64,000 nucleotides of DNA from the NCBI GenBank assembly GCA_000328365.1, contig KB303236.1:129538-193537 (forward strand). The letters are read 5' to 3'. How positions within the stretch are numbered: the first letter of the stretch is position 1; each line of letters opens with the position of its first letter. Shown piece after piece: positions 1 through 11,335 of the stretch. Origin of the DNA: Capitella teleta. Taxonomy: Eukaryota. Position numbers and translations under genes: made by a program. Below the pieces are notes generated by a model. It saw nothing but the letters and a program-made list of their open reading frames with translations. It made no database searches and was not told where the DNA came from.

Positions 1-1417
1 AATCCTTAATTGATTTAACAATCGTGCATGTAATAGGGCTTCACTCGCATCATGGCCTGCATACGTCTTCAAATTGAATTCACTGAGAGCACTCGCTACT
101 ACATGTACATAATACATGTGCTCATCCAACCGGTTCCCACATATCATTATAGTATATCCTTTATCTGTTTTGAAACGTTCACAGAATATATTGAACACTT
201 ATTTAGTTTTATTTGTTGCGCGTAATGGATATTCCGAATCATTCAAGTCATTCTATTGTTTGGCTTTCTTGTGTCAATTATTGCTCTGTTTCAGCTGAAG
301 GTAAATCTCTGTGCATGCAGCATTTATGCCGCGAAGGTGAGGTAATAAGCCTGAAAGATTGGATTGATCAGACCAGGGAGCTCATGCTTGCTAACAGAAC
401 GCACGACAATTTACCCCAGGCACCCGAAATCAGTGCAACTGATGACGATCCCTTCGACATCACTCAATACATGTGATGTTGTTCGATTCCTCTTTGTTTA
501 GAGGATCAATTTTCGAATTGTACGCCATGCTGGAATAATAAAACATCAATTCGGTCAACGATGGTCTTTAGTTACTTCTTTTGCGTGGGCCAATATTTGT
601 ATCGATATTTTTATAGTTTTTTAACCATGTTTATTGTAGTCCGACATTTTAGAACTGTTCATGGTGGACAATGTTGATTTGGTCACTCATGATGGTTTAG
701 ATAGTTTTTGGGTTGTCCACACTGACGTCAATAGCTGTGGCCCATATTTGTGAGGGATGTGAACAGCAAGCATCTTGTAATGCCGGAAACACACATAAGG
801 GTATGTGTGTGTGTCCCAGACTTTTCTGAGTGGATCCAAAATTGGTATGAGTGCAGGGGGGGTGGGGGGGTGGGCCAGGAAGCTCGGAAAGCGGCCAGGG
901 GACAGTGAGTCTATGCGACAGATGTCCCTCAGGTTAATTGTGTTCCAGACATCGAATTTAGTGAACTTGCATCGAATGTGTTCTGGGAGCGAGTTAAGAG
1001 TCAACCACAAATCTCCCAGCGAAGCGAGCAGGACCTCATTTGGGTCATTAACATGAGGGTCAACTAGCGAGTTGTTATATTTATGCAAACAAACTGCAAA
1101 CAAATATATAAACAAGCAAATTAAGTGCATTTACCAATCACTAGGCGCAGGGCTATGGACATTCTTCCCTGTGCGAGATGTTCAGTTCATTGTTTCTTTC
1201 TGATCCATACACACATGGGGTCAAACTTCTAAATGGAATCGAATCATCGAAATAAACATTCTTTTATTCAGAGGTGGTACTTGCGAAGATTCTTTGCGTA
1301 TTCAACTTCAGATGCAAGTTTCTTTTAGTTCCAGCGACACATGCATGCATTGCACTGTCAATAGCATTACAGGCTCAATAGCACATACTTCATTAATGCA
1401 TGATAACTTGTGCATTA

Positions 1418-1520
<103 letters not shown>

Positions 1521-1565
1521 TTTTCCACGAATCATCTCAACCAAAAAGAACATGTTATTCTGCTC

Positions 1566-1690
1566 AAATTATAAGGAATTACAACTATGTTTCACAATCC
1601 TAAGGCCCGTGGCCCGATCCGGTTGTCATAGAACTGCAGTCAGCCGGTCAAACCGACTGAGCTGTTCGGTGCCCCTGTTAATGCAAGTTT
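1566..1690 (-). mobile_element. tRNA-derived SINE, truncated copy (tRNA-like head with internal deletion plus ~40 bp of body)
   Basis: The reverse complement reads ggggcaccgaacagctcagtcggtttgaccggctgactgca..gggccacgggccttaggattgtgaaacatagttgtaattcc. It aligns to the 5' part of the full copies at 30421 and 18858. Confidence 0.55.
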
Positions 1691-1832
1691 TACCGAGCAC
1701 TTTGATGTAGTGTTTCTTTTGCGAGGCGTGCATTTTGACTGACAAGTGGGCTTCATGAGTCTCTTGCTTTCAGCATGAGAATATGAACATAAAAAAAGTC
1801 AAAGAGATTATTGTACACACGATAAGGAGCAG

Positions 1833-1838
1833 TTTATT
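1833..1838 (-). terminator. candidate polyadenylation signal (AATAAA on minus strand) for the WDR77-like gene
   Basis: Plus-strand tttatt lies ~100 nt downstream (minus sense) of the stop codon at 1937. Confidence 0.35.
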
Positions 1839-1936
1839 CTTCACAGGTCAATGAACTCATACATATTATATGAACACAAAAACTCAAGAAAAATTCAAAT
1901 AAACACAGAAGACGGAAATAATAGCTAAGGAGGTGA

Positions 1937-2087
1937 CTAGCGTCGTCCGTTCACAGACTCAGTCAGCATGTTTTCTTTCGGCTCAATCTTCCGCACTTGG
2001 CCATCCCAGCCACAAGAAAACGCAGCATTTGATTCTGGGGCCCACGCCACACAACGCACAAAATCCAAGTGAGTATTGTCTCGATAT
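1937..2087 (-). CDS. WDR77: WDR77-like terminal coding exon (stop at 1937-1939)
   Basis: Acceptor gctttcag|ATATCG within minus ORF 1937..2125. Peptide IYRDNTHLDFVRCVAWAPESNAAFSCGWDGQVRKIEPKENMLTESVNGRR*. This matches the human MEP50 C-terminus motif [19 protein letters not shown]. Confidence 0.8.
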
Positions 2088-3974
2088 CTGAAAGCATGAA
2101 ATCTACAGCTGCCGTAACTATTCACATTGTCATTTTTTGTTTAAATCAAAAATCATAAGGCTAAGGTTGGAACGAAAGCTATCAAGGCAACATGAAATAA
2201 ATTCTAATATAGGAATTACGCCAATTCAGAATAGATGTCAGAATACTTACATATCAGTGATGCCAGCAGAGGAATAGCCAGAAATGCACACAGTGCAATC
2301 CTCGGAGGCAGATGCCAAATGAGACCTGAAAGATGAAGAAATAAATCATTCAGAAGAAGGACTTGGATTTTTGTAATTTTCAAATTACCCGTGAGGAGAG
2401 AAAGTTAATCGGTTGACGTTCCGCGAGTGAACGGTGGCGACTTCTCCTTTCAGCGATTTACTCGCCATATCCCACAATGCAACGTGGCCGCTATCAGAAC
2501 CAAACGCGACCAAATTGCCAGTTGAATCCCAAGCCACACTGGAGGGTTTATGTGGAAGAAAACTAGAATCTGCGCAAAGATGCCACTCAAAATGAGACTG
2601 AGGCTGATTGATTGGTGCCTACCGATTATACAAGCGGGTTTCACATTACGAGTGTCCCATAACATCAGCCTGGAGTCCTGAAGGAAGAACGAGGAGTCAG
2701 ACATCGTGAGCAAAAGACGAGATTACTTGTGATGCAGTGAGGAACACGTGTGGGTTGGACGGGTGGCATGCTATGCTTGGCACACACTTGGAATGGCCTG
2801 TAAACATCCTCATTCGGATTAGCTCGCCTCACATTCAATCTCCGACCTTTGTACGTGTGGACACTGATGAAATCTTCCACGTCCCAGATCTTCACTCTGC
2901 CGTCGTTTCCAGACGAGACGGCTTTCGTCCGGTCAGCATTGACGTCAATCGTGAGCGCTATGTCGCTGTGCTCAATCGGCTGAGCAAGGCATTTGATTGT
3001 GTCGTCTCCGTCCATTTCAAATAGCATCACAGCACCTGTCAAGTTCTACATTCCCATGATGCACTCAATAAACTCACAACCTACCTGAATCAGCTGTTGC
3101 AACAAACTTGGCTGAATCTCCAACCCATTTGAGGTCAGTGACCCCTCCTATGCCAAGACTCAGGTCCACACTGGCCGTGCTCTTACTCAGGCAAGGGGCG
3201 TCGCTCGCTTTCTCAAAGAAGCAAACCGATCCAGTCCACATGCGGTGTGTGAGGCTGGAAGCCGACAGCAGTACAGCACCATCTGGGGAGAAAAAGCAAC
3301 GTCAGAAGGAAAAGCCAGAAAGAAAATTTTAGAAGACTTAGTGTTGTATGGTGTCTGCATAACTTTAAAAGTGAAGAAGAGAAAGGTTCAAGTAGTTCAC
3401 CCTTTTGTGTTCACGTTTAAATCTAAAACTCTAAGATCGGATGTTTGAAAACAGAAATGAACTTGAAAACAAGTAATTAAGTATTGTAGTACAGGAAATT
3501 TTCACGCGGCATGAAATTTTCGCTATATTCGCCGCAATTCGCGGTCACAATCGACCGCAAAAATTAGATGCCCGCGAAATCTTTCTGGGAGATCTTATAC
3601 TGTATAGCATTGACCGCAAATAATTATGGCTGCAAATAAAGGCCTCAGCCACAAAACAGCGAAATTTACAGTCCGCAGAAATTTCCTGTTCTAGAGAAAC
3701 TCTTGCATGGAAGAATGATTTGTAAGGGAACACTGATACTCAAATATTATATTAGTGCCACCAGCGGTGAATAGGACTGGTTGACTGCTCAAAATATATC
3801 TGATTTTGAGGAATTGCGAGAGTGGATTTTGGTTGATGAAAACAAAACTACACTTTGAGTGAACTGTATGACTCTGAGAGTGGGAGCTTACGATATGCTC
3901 GGACGGCAGCAAGCGCCCTCACAATGAGAGGAAACCAGGCCGCTGGTGTGCCAGAAATGTGGCAAGCTTTTCTT
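1937..3974 (-). CDS. WDR77: WD40-repeat protein, methylosome protein 50 (WDR77/MEP50)-like; 7 resolved coding exons, N-terminal exon(s) with ATG not resolved
   Basis: Spliced minus-strand peptide: ..PAAWFPLIVRALAAVRAYH|GAVLLSASSLTHRMWTGSVCFFEKASDAPC...VGDSAKFVATADSGAVMLFEMDGDD...DGRVKIWDVEDF...RLMLWDTRNVKPACII|DSSFLPHKPSSVAWDSTGNLVAFGSDSGHVALWDM...TFSPHG|SHLASASEDCTV...|IYRDNTHLDFVRCVAWAPESNAAFSCGWDGQVRK*. Collinear with my recall of the human WDR77 sequence (YRSDGALLLGASSLSGRCW...DSGAVELWELDE...[25 protein letters not shown]). All splice phases consistent. Confidence 0.8.
2251..2325 (-). CDS. WDR77: WDR77-like exon
   Basis: Acceptor ttcatctttcag|GTCTCATTTGG. Donor TGATAT|gtaagt. Peptide (G)SHLASASEDCTVCISGYSSAGITD. 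75 nt. Confidence 0.65.
2389..2569 (-). CDS. WDR77: WDR77-like exon (WD repeat)
   Basis: Acceptor tttgcgcag|ATTCTAG. Donor CACGG|gtaatt. Peptide (D)SSFLPHKPSSVAWDSTGNLVAFGSDSGHVALWDMASKSLKGEVATVHSRNVNRLTFSPH(G). 181 nt. Confidence 0.75.
2623..2677 (-). CDS. WDR77: WDR77-like exon
   Basis: Acceptor ttccttcag|GACTCC. Donor AATCG|gtaggc. Peptide DSRLMLWDTRNVKPACII. 55 nt, phase 0 to 1. Confidence 0.7.
2788..3035 (-). CDS. WDR77: WDR77-like exon (WD repeats)
   Basis: Acceptor cttgacag|GTGCTGTG, anchored to minus ORF 2665..3042. Donor TTCCAA|gtgtgt. Peptide GAVMLFEMDGDDTIKCLAQPIEHSDIALTIDVNADRTKAVSSGNDGRVKIWDVEDFISVHTYKGRRLNVRRANPNEDVYRPFQ. Confidence 0.8.
3085..3282 (-). CDS. WDR77: WDR77-like exon
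   Basis: Acceptor ctccccag|ATGGTGCTG. Donor GATTCAG|gtaggt. Peptide (H)GAVLLSASSLTHRMWTGSVCFFEKASDAPCLSKSTASVDLSLGIGGVTDLKWVGDSAKFVATADS. An upstream in-frame TGA excludes a longer exon. Confidence 0.75.
3489..3690. mobile_element. candidate short MITE with terminal inverted repeats CAGGAAATTT
   Basis: 5' end acaggaaattttcacgcgg and 3' end ccgcagaaatttcctgt are inverted complements. The interior has repeated ccgcaa/cgcgaaat submotifs and no ORF. Confidence 0.3.
3892..3974 (-). CDS. WDR77: WDR77-like exon (second coding exon or later)
   Basis: Acceptor ctgctttttcccag|AAGAAAAGC. Donor CATATC|gtaagc at 3890-91. Peptide (R)KACHISGTPAAWFPLIVRALAAVRAY + split His. No in-frame ATG, so exon 1 lies further upstream (>3974). 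Confidence 0.55.
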
Positions 3975-4523
3975 CTGGGAAAAAGCAGAGGAAATCTCCT
4001 GCTCACATGTCATGGACATCGAATGAACATTGGTTTCTACAACTGTGCTGCCATGCCACCACCACCACCACAAAGACATAAAGGAATTTATCTCAAGTTG
4101 GCCCGACAAGAATAAGCTTCTAAAATCTGTCATGTTTGACTGCCATAAGAATTTATATCTTGCTGGATGCAGGTAAAACACTTCTTTTTGCTTGATTCTA
4201 GAACAATCAATCATAATACTTTCCCTTCAGAGCAATGGGTATTTTGTACATCTTGTTGATGAAACCTTTCAAAGACCTCTTGCAATCAGGAAGCATTTTA
4301 TATGCTTCAATAATTAAATTAATTAAATAATAATTAAATAATACTTAAATTAATTAAAGACGCTTCATGCGACTCAGTGAATGGTCAAAAGATGGTTGTC
4401 TTCCTCTACAACGAACCTCAACCGTTTTCAGTGACCTTCCACTTGATTCTCCACTTGCCAAGTAAACATATAACCTCTTATCCATAAGTTCATAATATAG
4501 CGAATGGCTTTCTTAGGTCTGTT

Positions 4524-4866
4524 ATGACACCATCTGACAACCCAGACTTTGATGCATTGATGCAACTCGCCGTGGAATTAATCTCACTGGAGGCCCTGGT
4601 TGTCATAGAAAGACAGGCTGAGACCCAACTTCCTGGTGGTAAATACGCCAACCCCTCTGAGGAACAACTCCGCAGTTCATCTAACGTCCCTAAAACGAAT
4701 GCACTTGGAGAAAGGGATATGGCGGTGCTGGATAATCTTCTTCGTGAAAAGCCAGGTATTTCAGCTGTTGCATTGTTTTTTTCCTGAAATTGTACAATTT
4801 TTTTTTCTCAATTTTATAGGAATATCTCCTCATAATTATGATCATGAATCAGTCATTAAATGGTGA
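4524..4866 (+). other. ORF of unknown function immediately upstream of the SWIM/YqaJ-like unit (possible 5' part of the same decayed gene or element)
   Basis: ORF 4524..4787 ends at a GT donor (CCAG|gtattt). The ORF 4636..4866 tail ISPHNYDHESVIKW* would be reached through tttatag|GAATATC. No recognisable domain. Confidence 0.2.
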
Positions 4867-5308
4867 AGAATAGCACACGAAGTGACTGATGACTGGGGTT
4901 ATTAGCTTATCTGATGAAATGATGATGCTTGTGACACATATGCACCTAGGTCTGGAGACTGGTACTATGGGCCCAATACATATATATGGGCCTGGCCCAA
5001 TCATTCATTCAGAGTTAGTTAATAACATCATAACTGCCATTGGTTACAAGAATTAGACATGTTGTCTAAGGTTTTGCTTGCTATTTCAGGCTCGAGTCAT
5101 ATGACCGAAATGAAGACTTTGGCCGACTGAAGGTCCAGCTACTCCGGCGTATGAAATGGTGCTGCCGGACCCCAAGTCATACAGCGACATAAACTCCTCA
5201 TCTGTGGTGAGTAATATTCTTTTGAGATAATTCCTTGTTTACCACAACATTATGATAATCAGCATTTTGAAACCTAGTACTTATAATTAATTTCCAACTT
5301 ATTATTTC

Positions 5309-6500
5309 AGATTCCTGCCATTTCGCACGAAATGATGAATGCCTATCTCCTTGCGTGTGCAAAGTCTTATGACAAGGCAACAGAGTTGCTGTATAAGGAG
5401 AAGTATCTCCTTTGCCTTCGCTCGTCCTCTCAGCAGAACCAGAACTTCATCAAGGGGAGATGTTCAGCGGAGTATTGCAAAGCAACAATGTACACTGTTG
5501 ATGTTGCTTTGGACTCCACCAGGATCAAGGATCAGTGTGAATGTGGCGCCGGTGCTGGACCAACAGCCCACTGCAAGCATGTGTCTCATCGACTTCTCCT
5601 CGTCCGGCTCCTTCAAGCAACAGGAAACCTGCACGGAGAGGCTGCAGACCTTCCACCAAGTTAAGAAATTTAGAGGGTCGCCTCAGAAGGCCAGCAGAAT
5701 AAAGCTGAGTGAATCTGACTCAGCTCGCTCCATTGCAGCCATTTCCCTCTTGGATCCTCGTCCACCAATCCTCCGTGCTTCGAAATGCTACCCAGCGCAC
5801 TTCCGCGGTTTGGAACTCTGGTTTTCGGGATATGCCAGTCCTCGTAACTATCCCTCCAGCTAATGTGAAGGCTCTCAGCCTTGATCATGACTATTGTGCC
5901 CTCCCCATCGAGGATCATTTCCTGAGAAACATAAAGGTGTCAAGCGTGTCCGCAGAAGATGCACAGGCTTTGGAGGAAGCGACCAGAAGCCAATCTCAAT
6001 GCCGGTTCTGGTCCAAAGAGAGGTTGACCAGGATCACATCCTCCAACTTCGACCGCATCTGCCTGGCAACCCACAGAACTGACTTCACAAAGCTGACGCA
6101 GAGCCTAGTGACGCACCAAGACTCCTACCATTATTATACTGTATAATTGATTTTCAATCCATTGTTTGTTTTTCTTTTCCCACTACCATTTGATGTATTT
6201 CTGATGTATCAGAAATGAATAAAGATATATATATTATGCATGGGATCCGGCAAGAGCCTGCTGCGGAGAAAGCTTTTATGGAAAAACAGGCTTGGAATGG
6301 GTTCCATGTGGCATTTTCGTGAACCCTGCCACCCACTTCCTGGCCCTGATGGCTTGGTGGCAGATGTAGCCTGCCTGGAAGTGAAATGCCCTTATACATC
6401 AAAGAACAAGGCCATCTCCCCAGAGACTGTGGATTATCTGGTGGAAGAGACAGGCAGCATCACACTGAACAAAAAGCACAAGTACTATTTCCAGGTGAAG
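5309..6500 (+). pseudogene. SWIM zinc-finger plus YqaJ/lambda-exonuclease-like (PD-(D/E)XK) protein, disrupted by at least 2 frameshifts; probably TE-derived
   Basis: SWIM CxCxnCxH signature: DQCECGAGAGPTAHCKHV. YqaJ-like blocks sit in three different frames: RFWSKERLTRITSSNFDRICLATHRTDFTKLTQSLV (frame of 5709), HGIRQEPAAEKAFMEKQAWNGFHVAFS (third frame, 6236-6320), and PLPGPDGLVADVACLEVKCPYTSKNKAISPETVDYLVEETGSITLNKKHKYYFQ|gtgaag (frame of 6240). Confidence 0.45.
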
Positions 6501-7406
6501 ACGACATCCAGAGGTCAATAACTCAAGCAAGGTCAGATGCGAGACAGATCCGGAGAGATTTCAAAGAGAGGAAGAACACCATCATCGAAGAGAGAAGAAG
6601 AGCCCTTAGAATGAAGATTGCCAAGAACGAAGAAACGAAGTGCCCAGCGGATTATTCAGCAGCAAGAGCAGATGACGCATGATCGAGTTTGGCTTGTGGC
6701 AGACAGAGGCTGAGGTCGAAGGTCAAAGAGGTCAGAGGTCGAAATCCAAGTGAAGTCTTTTACCTCGAAGAAATTACAACTTGCTGCTTTAACCGCTCAG
6801 CTTCGCTTTCGGGAGAAAGTACTCCACCAACAGCCTGGAGGAGGAAGACAATAGGCGTTCACCATCAGCAAGAAGGAGGGAGAGAAGAGGGTGAATCTGA
6901 GTGATGGGGAGTTGGAGGAGAAGGCCAAGAGTCTGGTGAGCCAAGCGATGTAAGGAACAATCATGGGGATTCTGGCCACATCCTCACTGGAAAGAGAGTT
7001 CGCCACAGATTCTCAGCTGAGGATGGTAGTCATGAACTCGATTGGCACTCAGCCAAAGTGAATAAATCAGGTGTCATATCTTTGGATATCAAGATTTACA
7101 AGCTAACAAGCAAGATTGAGTTGCATAACAACCATTCCGTGAACTTTAGTTTTTTTGGGTGTTTTTTAGGGAAGGAGGGAGGGGATGTTTATTGTTTTGT
7201 TTTACAGTAAAGCAGCAAAATTTTATGGTAGGAAATTTCGCAGTTGTGCAGTAGGCTATAAATTACTGAATAGTTTGTGATTCAGTATTATCAAAATCAT
7301 AGAGATTTCCCTGCTTGCAATTTTTGCTGTTTTTACAATATTTCTTTGTTCTGGTTGATTGTGATGTATCACATTGAGACTATTTTTAATTTCTGAAAAA
7401 CAACAA

Positions 7407-7478
7407 TCATCACTATTTATATCTAATTCATATCTAATTCAAATCTAATTCATATCTAATTCATATCTAATTCAAATC
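7407..7478. repeat. 11-bp tandem repeat (atatctaattc/aaatctaattc) x ~6
   Basis: catatctaattcaaatctaattcatatctaattcatatctaattcaaatctt. Confidence 0.9.
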
Positions 7479-7559
7479 TTCTTATTATTCAGGTACTCGG
7501 TTTTCAAGAGTGGTGGAACATAAAGTATGACGGAGATGACTGTATTTACAAATATTGCT

Positions 7560-8640
7560 TAGAATATGTGGAGTGTTCAAGATATAAATTCTGGTCGTAC
7601 AAAAGACCCACTGCACAACGTTTCTATGACTACCTGATGCACCTATAAACTCTCGCTAAACCTTGCAACTTCAGTGAAACTGACAATATGATCCGTGACA
7701 AAATAATCTTCTCCCTGGAAAATCTTCAACTCAAGAAACGATTGCTACATGAACCCAAACTCTCGCTCAAAGTCACGGTGGACTCATGCAAAACCCAAGA
7801 GGTTGCTCATACTGAACTCAAATCGATGAGCACTTCTGTGACATCTACGACCAGCATCAACATGTCCTCAACCACAAGTCTCAGTGTGATTTCCACTATG
7901 AAGAAACGGTTTGCCACCCACGGCATTCCGTCCACCATCATCAGTGACAACGGACCTCAGTTCGCATGTGAAGAGTTCCTGCTCTTTGCTACAACCTACA
8001 ACGTCGCTCATGAAACCGGCAGCCCTGCCTATCCGCAAAGAGCCTTCTCAAGAAAACTCAGCAGGACGGCTCCAACCTATCCTTGAACCTTCTCAACATC
8101 CGCAACGTCCCCCGCAATGGCGAATCTCAAGCAGAGAAACTCATGAGTCGTTCTCTACGGTACACCGTTTCAACTCCTGCTTCGACACTCCAGCCGAGAG
8201 TGTTGAAAGATGCTGATGTCCAAAAAAAGAAAGAGAACGGCAAGCTGCAACAAAAGAAAAACTACAACAGGCACAGCAAGCCACTTCCCCCACTGCTGAG
8301 TGGTCAGACGGTCTGAATCTGGACTCCAAAGGGCTGCAGCTTGTTGGGAACCGCGTTCCTACATAGTTGCTGCCAATGGAAAAGAATACCGAAGGAACGG
8401 TCAACAACTGCTCCTCACCAAAGAACAGGATGATGACCACCTTGTTGTGTACACGCCATGTGATGATCCATTACCCTCTCTTCCCCAACCTGAAATCCGC
8501 TGTGTAACCCCCCCCAGTCCCAGGCGCTGCAGATCGTCGTGCAACGCGTGCTCCCACCTTTGTGTACACCGCTCGTCATGTGACTACTTGAGCTGGCCGA
8601 GTGTCGTGCCCAACCCCAAATATCAATAAGCCTTTGCATG
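7560..8640 (+). mobile_element. degenerate LTR-retrotransposon remnant (Ty3/gypsy or BEL-like gag C-terminus fused to integrase fragments by deletions)
   Basis: Gag-type motif DYLMHL*TLAKPCNFSETDNMIRDKIIFSLENLQLKKRLLHEPKLSLKVTVDSCKTQEVAHTELK. Integrase DDE-core fragment KKRFATHGIPSTIISDNGPQFACEEF..TTYNVAHETGSPAYPQ. Integrase C-terminal motif YIVAANGKEYRRNGQQLL in another frame. No LTRs seen. Confidence 0.55.
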
Positions 8641-9232
8641 TGTGTCTTCATATTTCTCACCTTTCATTTGATATCTCGTTTTACATGCCTTTTGAATATG
8701 TGCCATTTTACATCTCAGTTTGCATGACTTAGCAAGTTTGCTATTTTACATTTGATTCCAACTTTGCATGTTTTGACAAGTGTGTCCTTTTGCTTATACA
8801 CTGAGTATTTATCACATTGTGCATCTTGACAACTGTGCTCATTTGTGCTTTTATTCTGATACTTGATTCGTGTCGCCATCCAGTGAAGTGACTTTGTGAT
8901 TCGTCTCTCCGTGCAATTTGAACTCGCTCAGAAGAACTTTAAGTCTGTGCTGTTTCATTTAAAGTTATTCATTTTTATGAAGAAAAAAAAACTCTTTAAT
9001 TAGAAAAAGGGAGATGTGGAGTGTTTCATAACGTACTTTCATTTACTATTATGCGCTATCATTACTTGACCTGACCTGATTACTTGACCTGGTTTATTTT
9101 TAATAAATGAACACTCCCTGTTCCGGTCTTCAACCATGCTTGTTCTCTGACTTGGATTTACAGAATACAATATGCAAAATAGGGATCTAGAAATTTTAGT
9201 GTAATTTTTTCATAATTTATTATTATTATAAC

Positions 9233-9821
9233 TAGAGCTGGCCGAATCATGAAAAAGGCCGAATCGCCGAAGCTTCGGAAGTCTATTATTCGCCGTAGCC
9301 GTAGCCGAAGCCGAATCATTTGCAACTTCTGTAATGAAACATCCTCACTATTCTTGCCTAGATAAAAATCCTCTAATTCCACCTTTTATGTGGTTTCTCC
9401 CCTTAAATTTCCTGTGTGAGTGCATGTACAGGCCTATATATAGTATACCCTGGGAGAGAGTTGGAAGATCATGAAGTGAAAGTATTATCCCTCCCTGCAC
9501 CCCTGCTGGCAATGCAGCAGTTGCCATGAGGACAGATTTGACAGTATTGATTTTCAAGTTTGAAGCTCCCTGAGCCATATTTAAATGATATGTTAAATAG
9601 TAATTTCAATACTATTTAGGGAACAAGCCTTGGGATACATGTCATAAGATTGGGGGGAAGGGGGAATCTGCTTAGGTCACAAAAGTCTCCAGCCACTTTT
9701 TTCTGGGTTTTTCTTTTCACTCTTCGGCTTCGCTTCGGCAAAAGCCGAAGCACCGAAGCTTCGGGGGTGGGCCAATATTCGCCGAATTCCGAAGCCGAAT
9801 CAGAAGCTTCGGCCAGCTCTA
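9233..9821. mobile_element. non-autonomous hAT-like MITE (~589 bp) with 14-bp terminal inverted repeats and perfect 8-bp TSD ATTATAAC
   Basis: 5' end TAGAGCTGGCCGAATC... and 3' end ...CTTCGGCCAGCTCTA. Flanks are attataac|TAGAG and CTCTA|attataac. Subterminal gccgaa/ccgaagcttcgg palindromic repeats. No transposase ORF. Confidence 0.65.
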
Positions 9822-10332
9822 ATTATAACACCATTGTTTACTTAATGATATACTTGAGCTTGATATTGTATTTCTTCTTCATGCTCACTTCCTCTTCTAA
9901 TGCGGTCTGAGATGTTTAATGTATGTATACTTCTATGGTATTCACTTTATTTCCTTAGCTTGAGTTGAGAATTGCTGAAACATTATTTTAGTTTTTGTTC
10001 AATATTTCTTGTGTCCTATGTAGCCTTGTAGGCATTGTTTTGGTATTTTCTGATAATAAATATTCATTTCTTTATGACATCTATGTATTATCTTATCTTT
10101 TTCTTATATCTGACCTTATAAAGGGCCCATTTATAGACCATATGTAACGATAAGGCCTAATAGTAATAATGAAAACCGTCAGACATTCGGTTGCATAAAA
10201 GCCTATCAAGCTATTTCAATTTACATTAAGTTTGACATTAATAAAGATATTTTGAATTTGATTGCAGTTTTGAACTTCTCTTTCATTCAGCTTTTCGTTG
10301 ATATATTATATGATTATGTTTACTCGATTTTG

Positions 10333-10708
10333 AAAATTCATCCGTCATCCGGTCCGTCGAAATCACGTAATGCCTTATTCAGCGTAAGCAAGCGAAATGG
10401 CCCTTTTTTTTCGCCCAGATAGCGTAATGCCCCTCTATTATCGCCCAAGTAGCGAAATGCCATTTTTATGTTATCGCCAACTACTATTTTGAGCTGTAGC
10501 GATTCGAAGCGAAGCTTTTATTCTCCAGAAAGACATATATCTCAACCATAAAAGTCATAAATACATCATATTATGCCATAAATTGATCAATTTTCGATTA
10601 CAGAAATACTTCGTTACAAAACATCTAGGTCAAACTATATGGCATGGAAACGCGGATCTGTAAATCATTTTTACATCATACGTTATGAATGTTATAGTGC
10701 ATTGTGTA
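10333..10708. repeat. left terminal inverted arm of the foldback element
   Basis: Pairs with 13298-13685 in reverse complement. Confidence 0.75.
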
Positions 10709-10997
10709 ACATGCAATCGGTCGCTTCGACCGAACTGGTGCTGTGGCGTCGTCTGCTCGTTAGACAATGTGTTATAGTGAGCAAATATTTATTGTGGTGG
10801 CTAAGGATTGCCGTTCCTTCGAATTTATCTGGAAATAGTTGTTCGATTTGGTATACCCGTCCGTGCTATATACACAGTGGGGATATGGAGGACGGAAATT
10901 GTCCAGCTTATCATTTGCATATCATTGACAAACGGATCTAATATACAATATTATCTCCATATGTCGAATTTCAAAGGACCGTCTAAATCACTTTTGA

Positions 10998-11335
10998 GTG
11001 AGTGAGTGAGGGATGGGGTTTTATGGCTCCACCCAACCCATTCGGGAACAGAAGGCCCGGGACCGGGGTTTCCCCCTACTCTAATCGATAAATCCCAAGG
11101 GTTCTTTATCCTACATACCACCATACACAGCGCCCGGCCTTGTTATGCAGTTGGGCAGCACTGCAGAGTTACCGGAGAATTATACAATTATAACGGATTA
11201 CAATTATAATTCTCAATCATAACGCCCGCGGCCTGATCGGGTCTCGAACCCGGGACTTCGACCCCCACGTTCGGCATAGGATTGTAGCCAGCTGGTTTAA
11301 CCCACTGAGCCACTCGGTGCCCCTCTGATGAGGAT
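10998..11335 (-). mobile_element. tRNA-derived SINE, full-length copy (~335 bp) nested inside the foldback element
   Basis: The minus strand starts with the tRNA-like head ggggcaccgagtggctcagtgggttaaaccagctggctacaatcctatgccgaacgtgggggtcgaagtcccgggttcgagacccgatcaggc (A box TGGCTCAGTGG, B box GGTTCGAGACC). It shares the body with the copies at 18858, 30421, 52325 and 62650. Confidence 0.8.
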
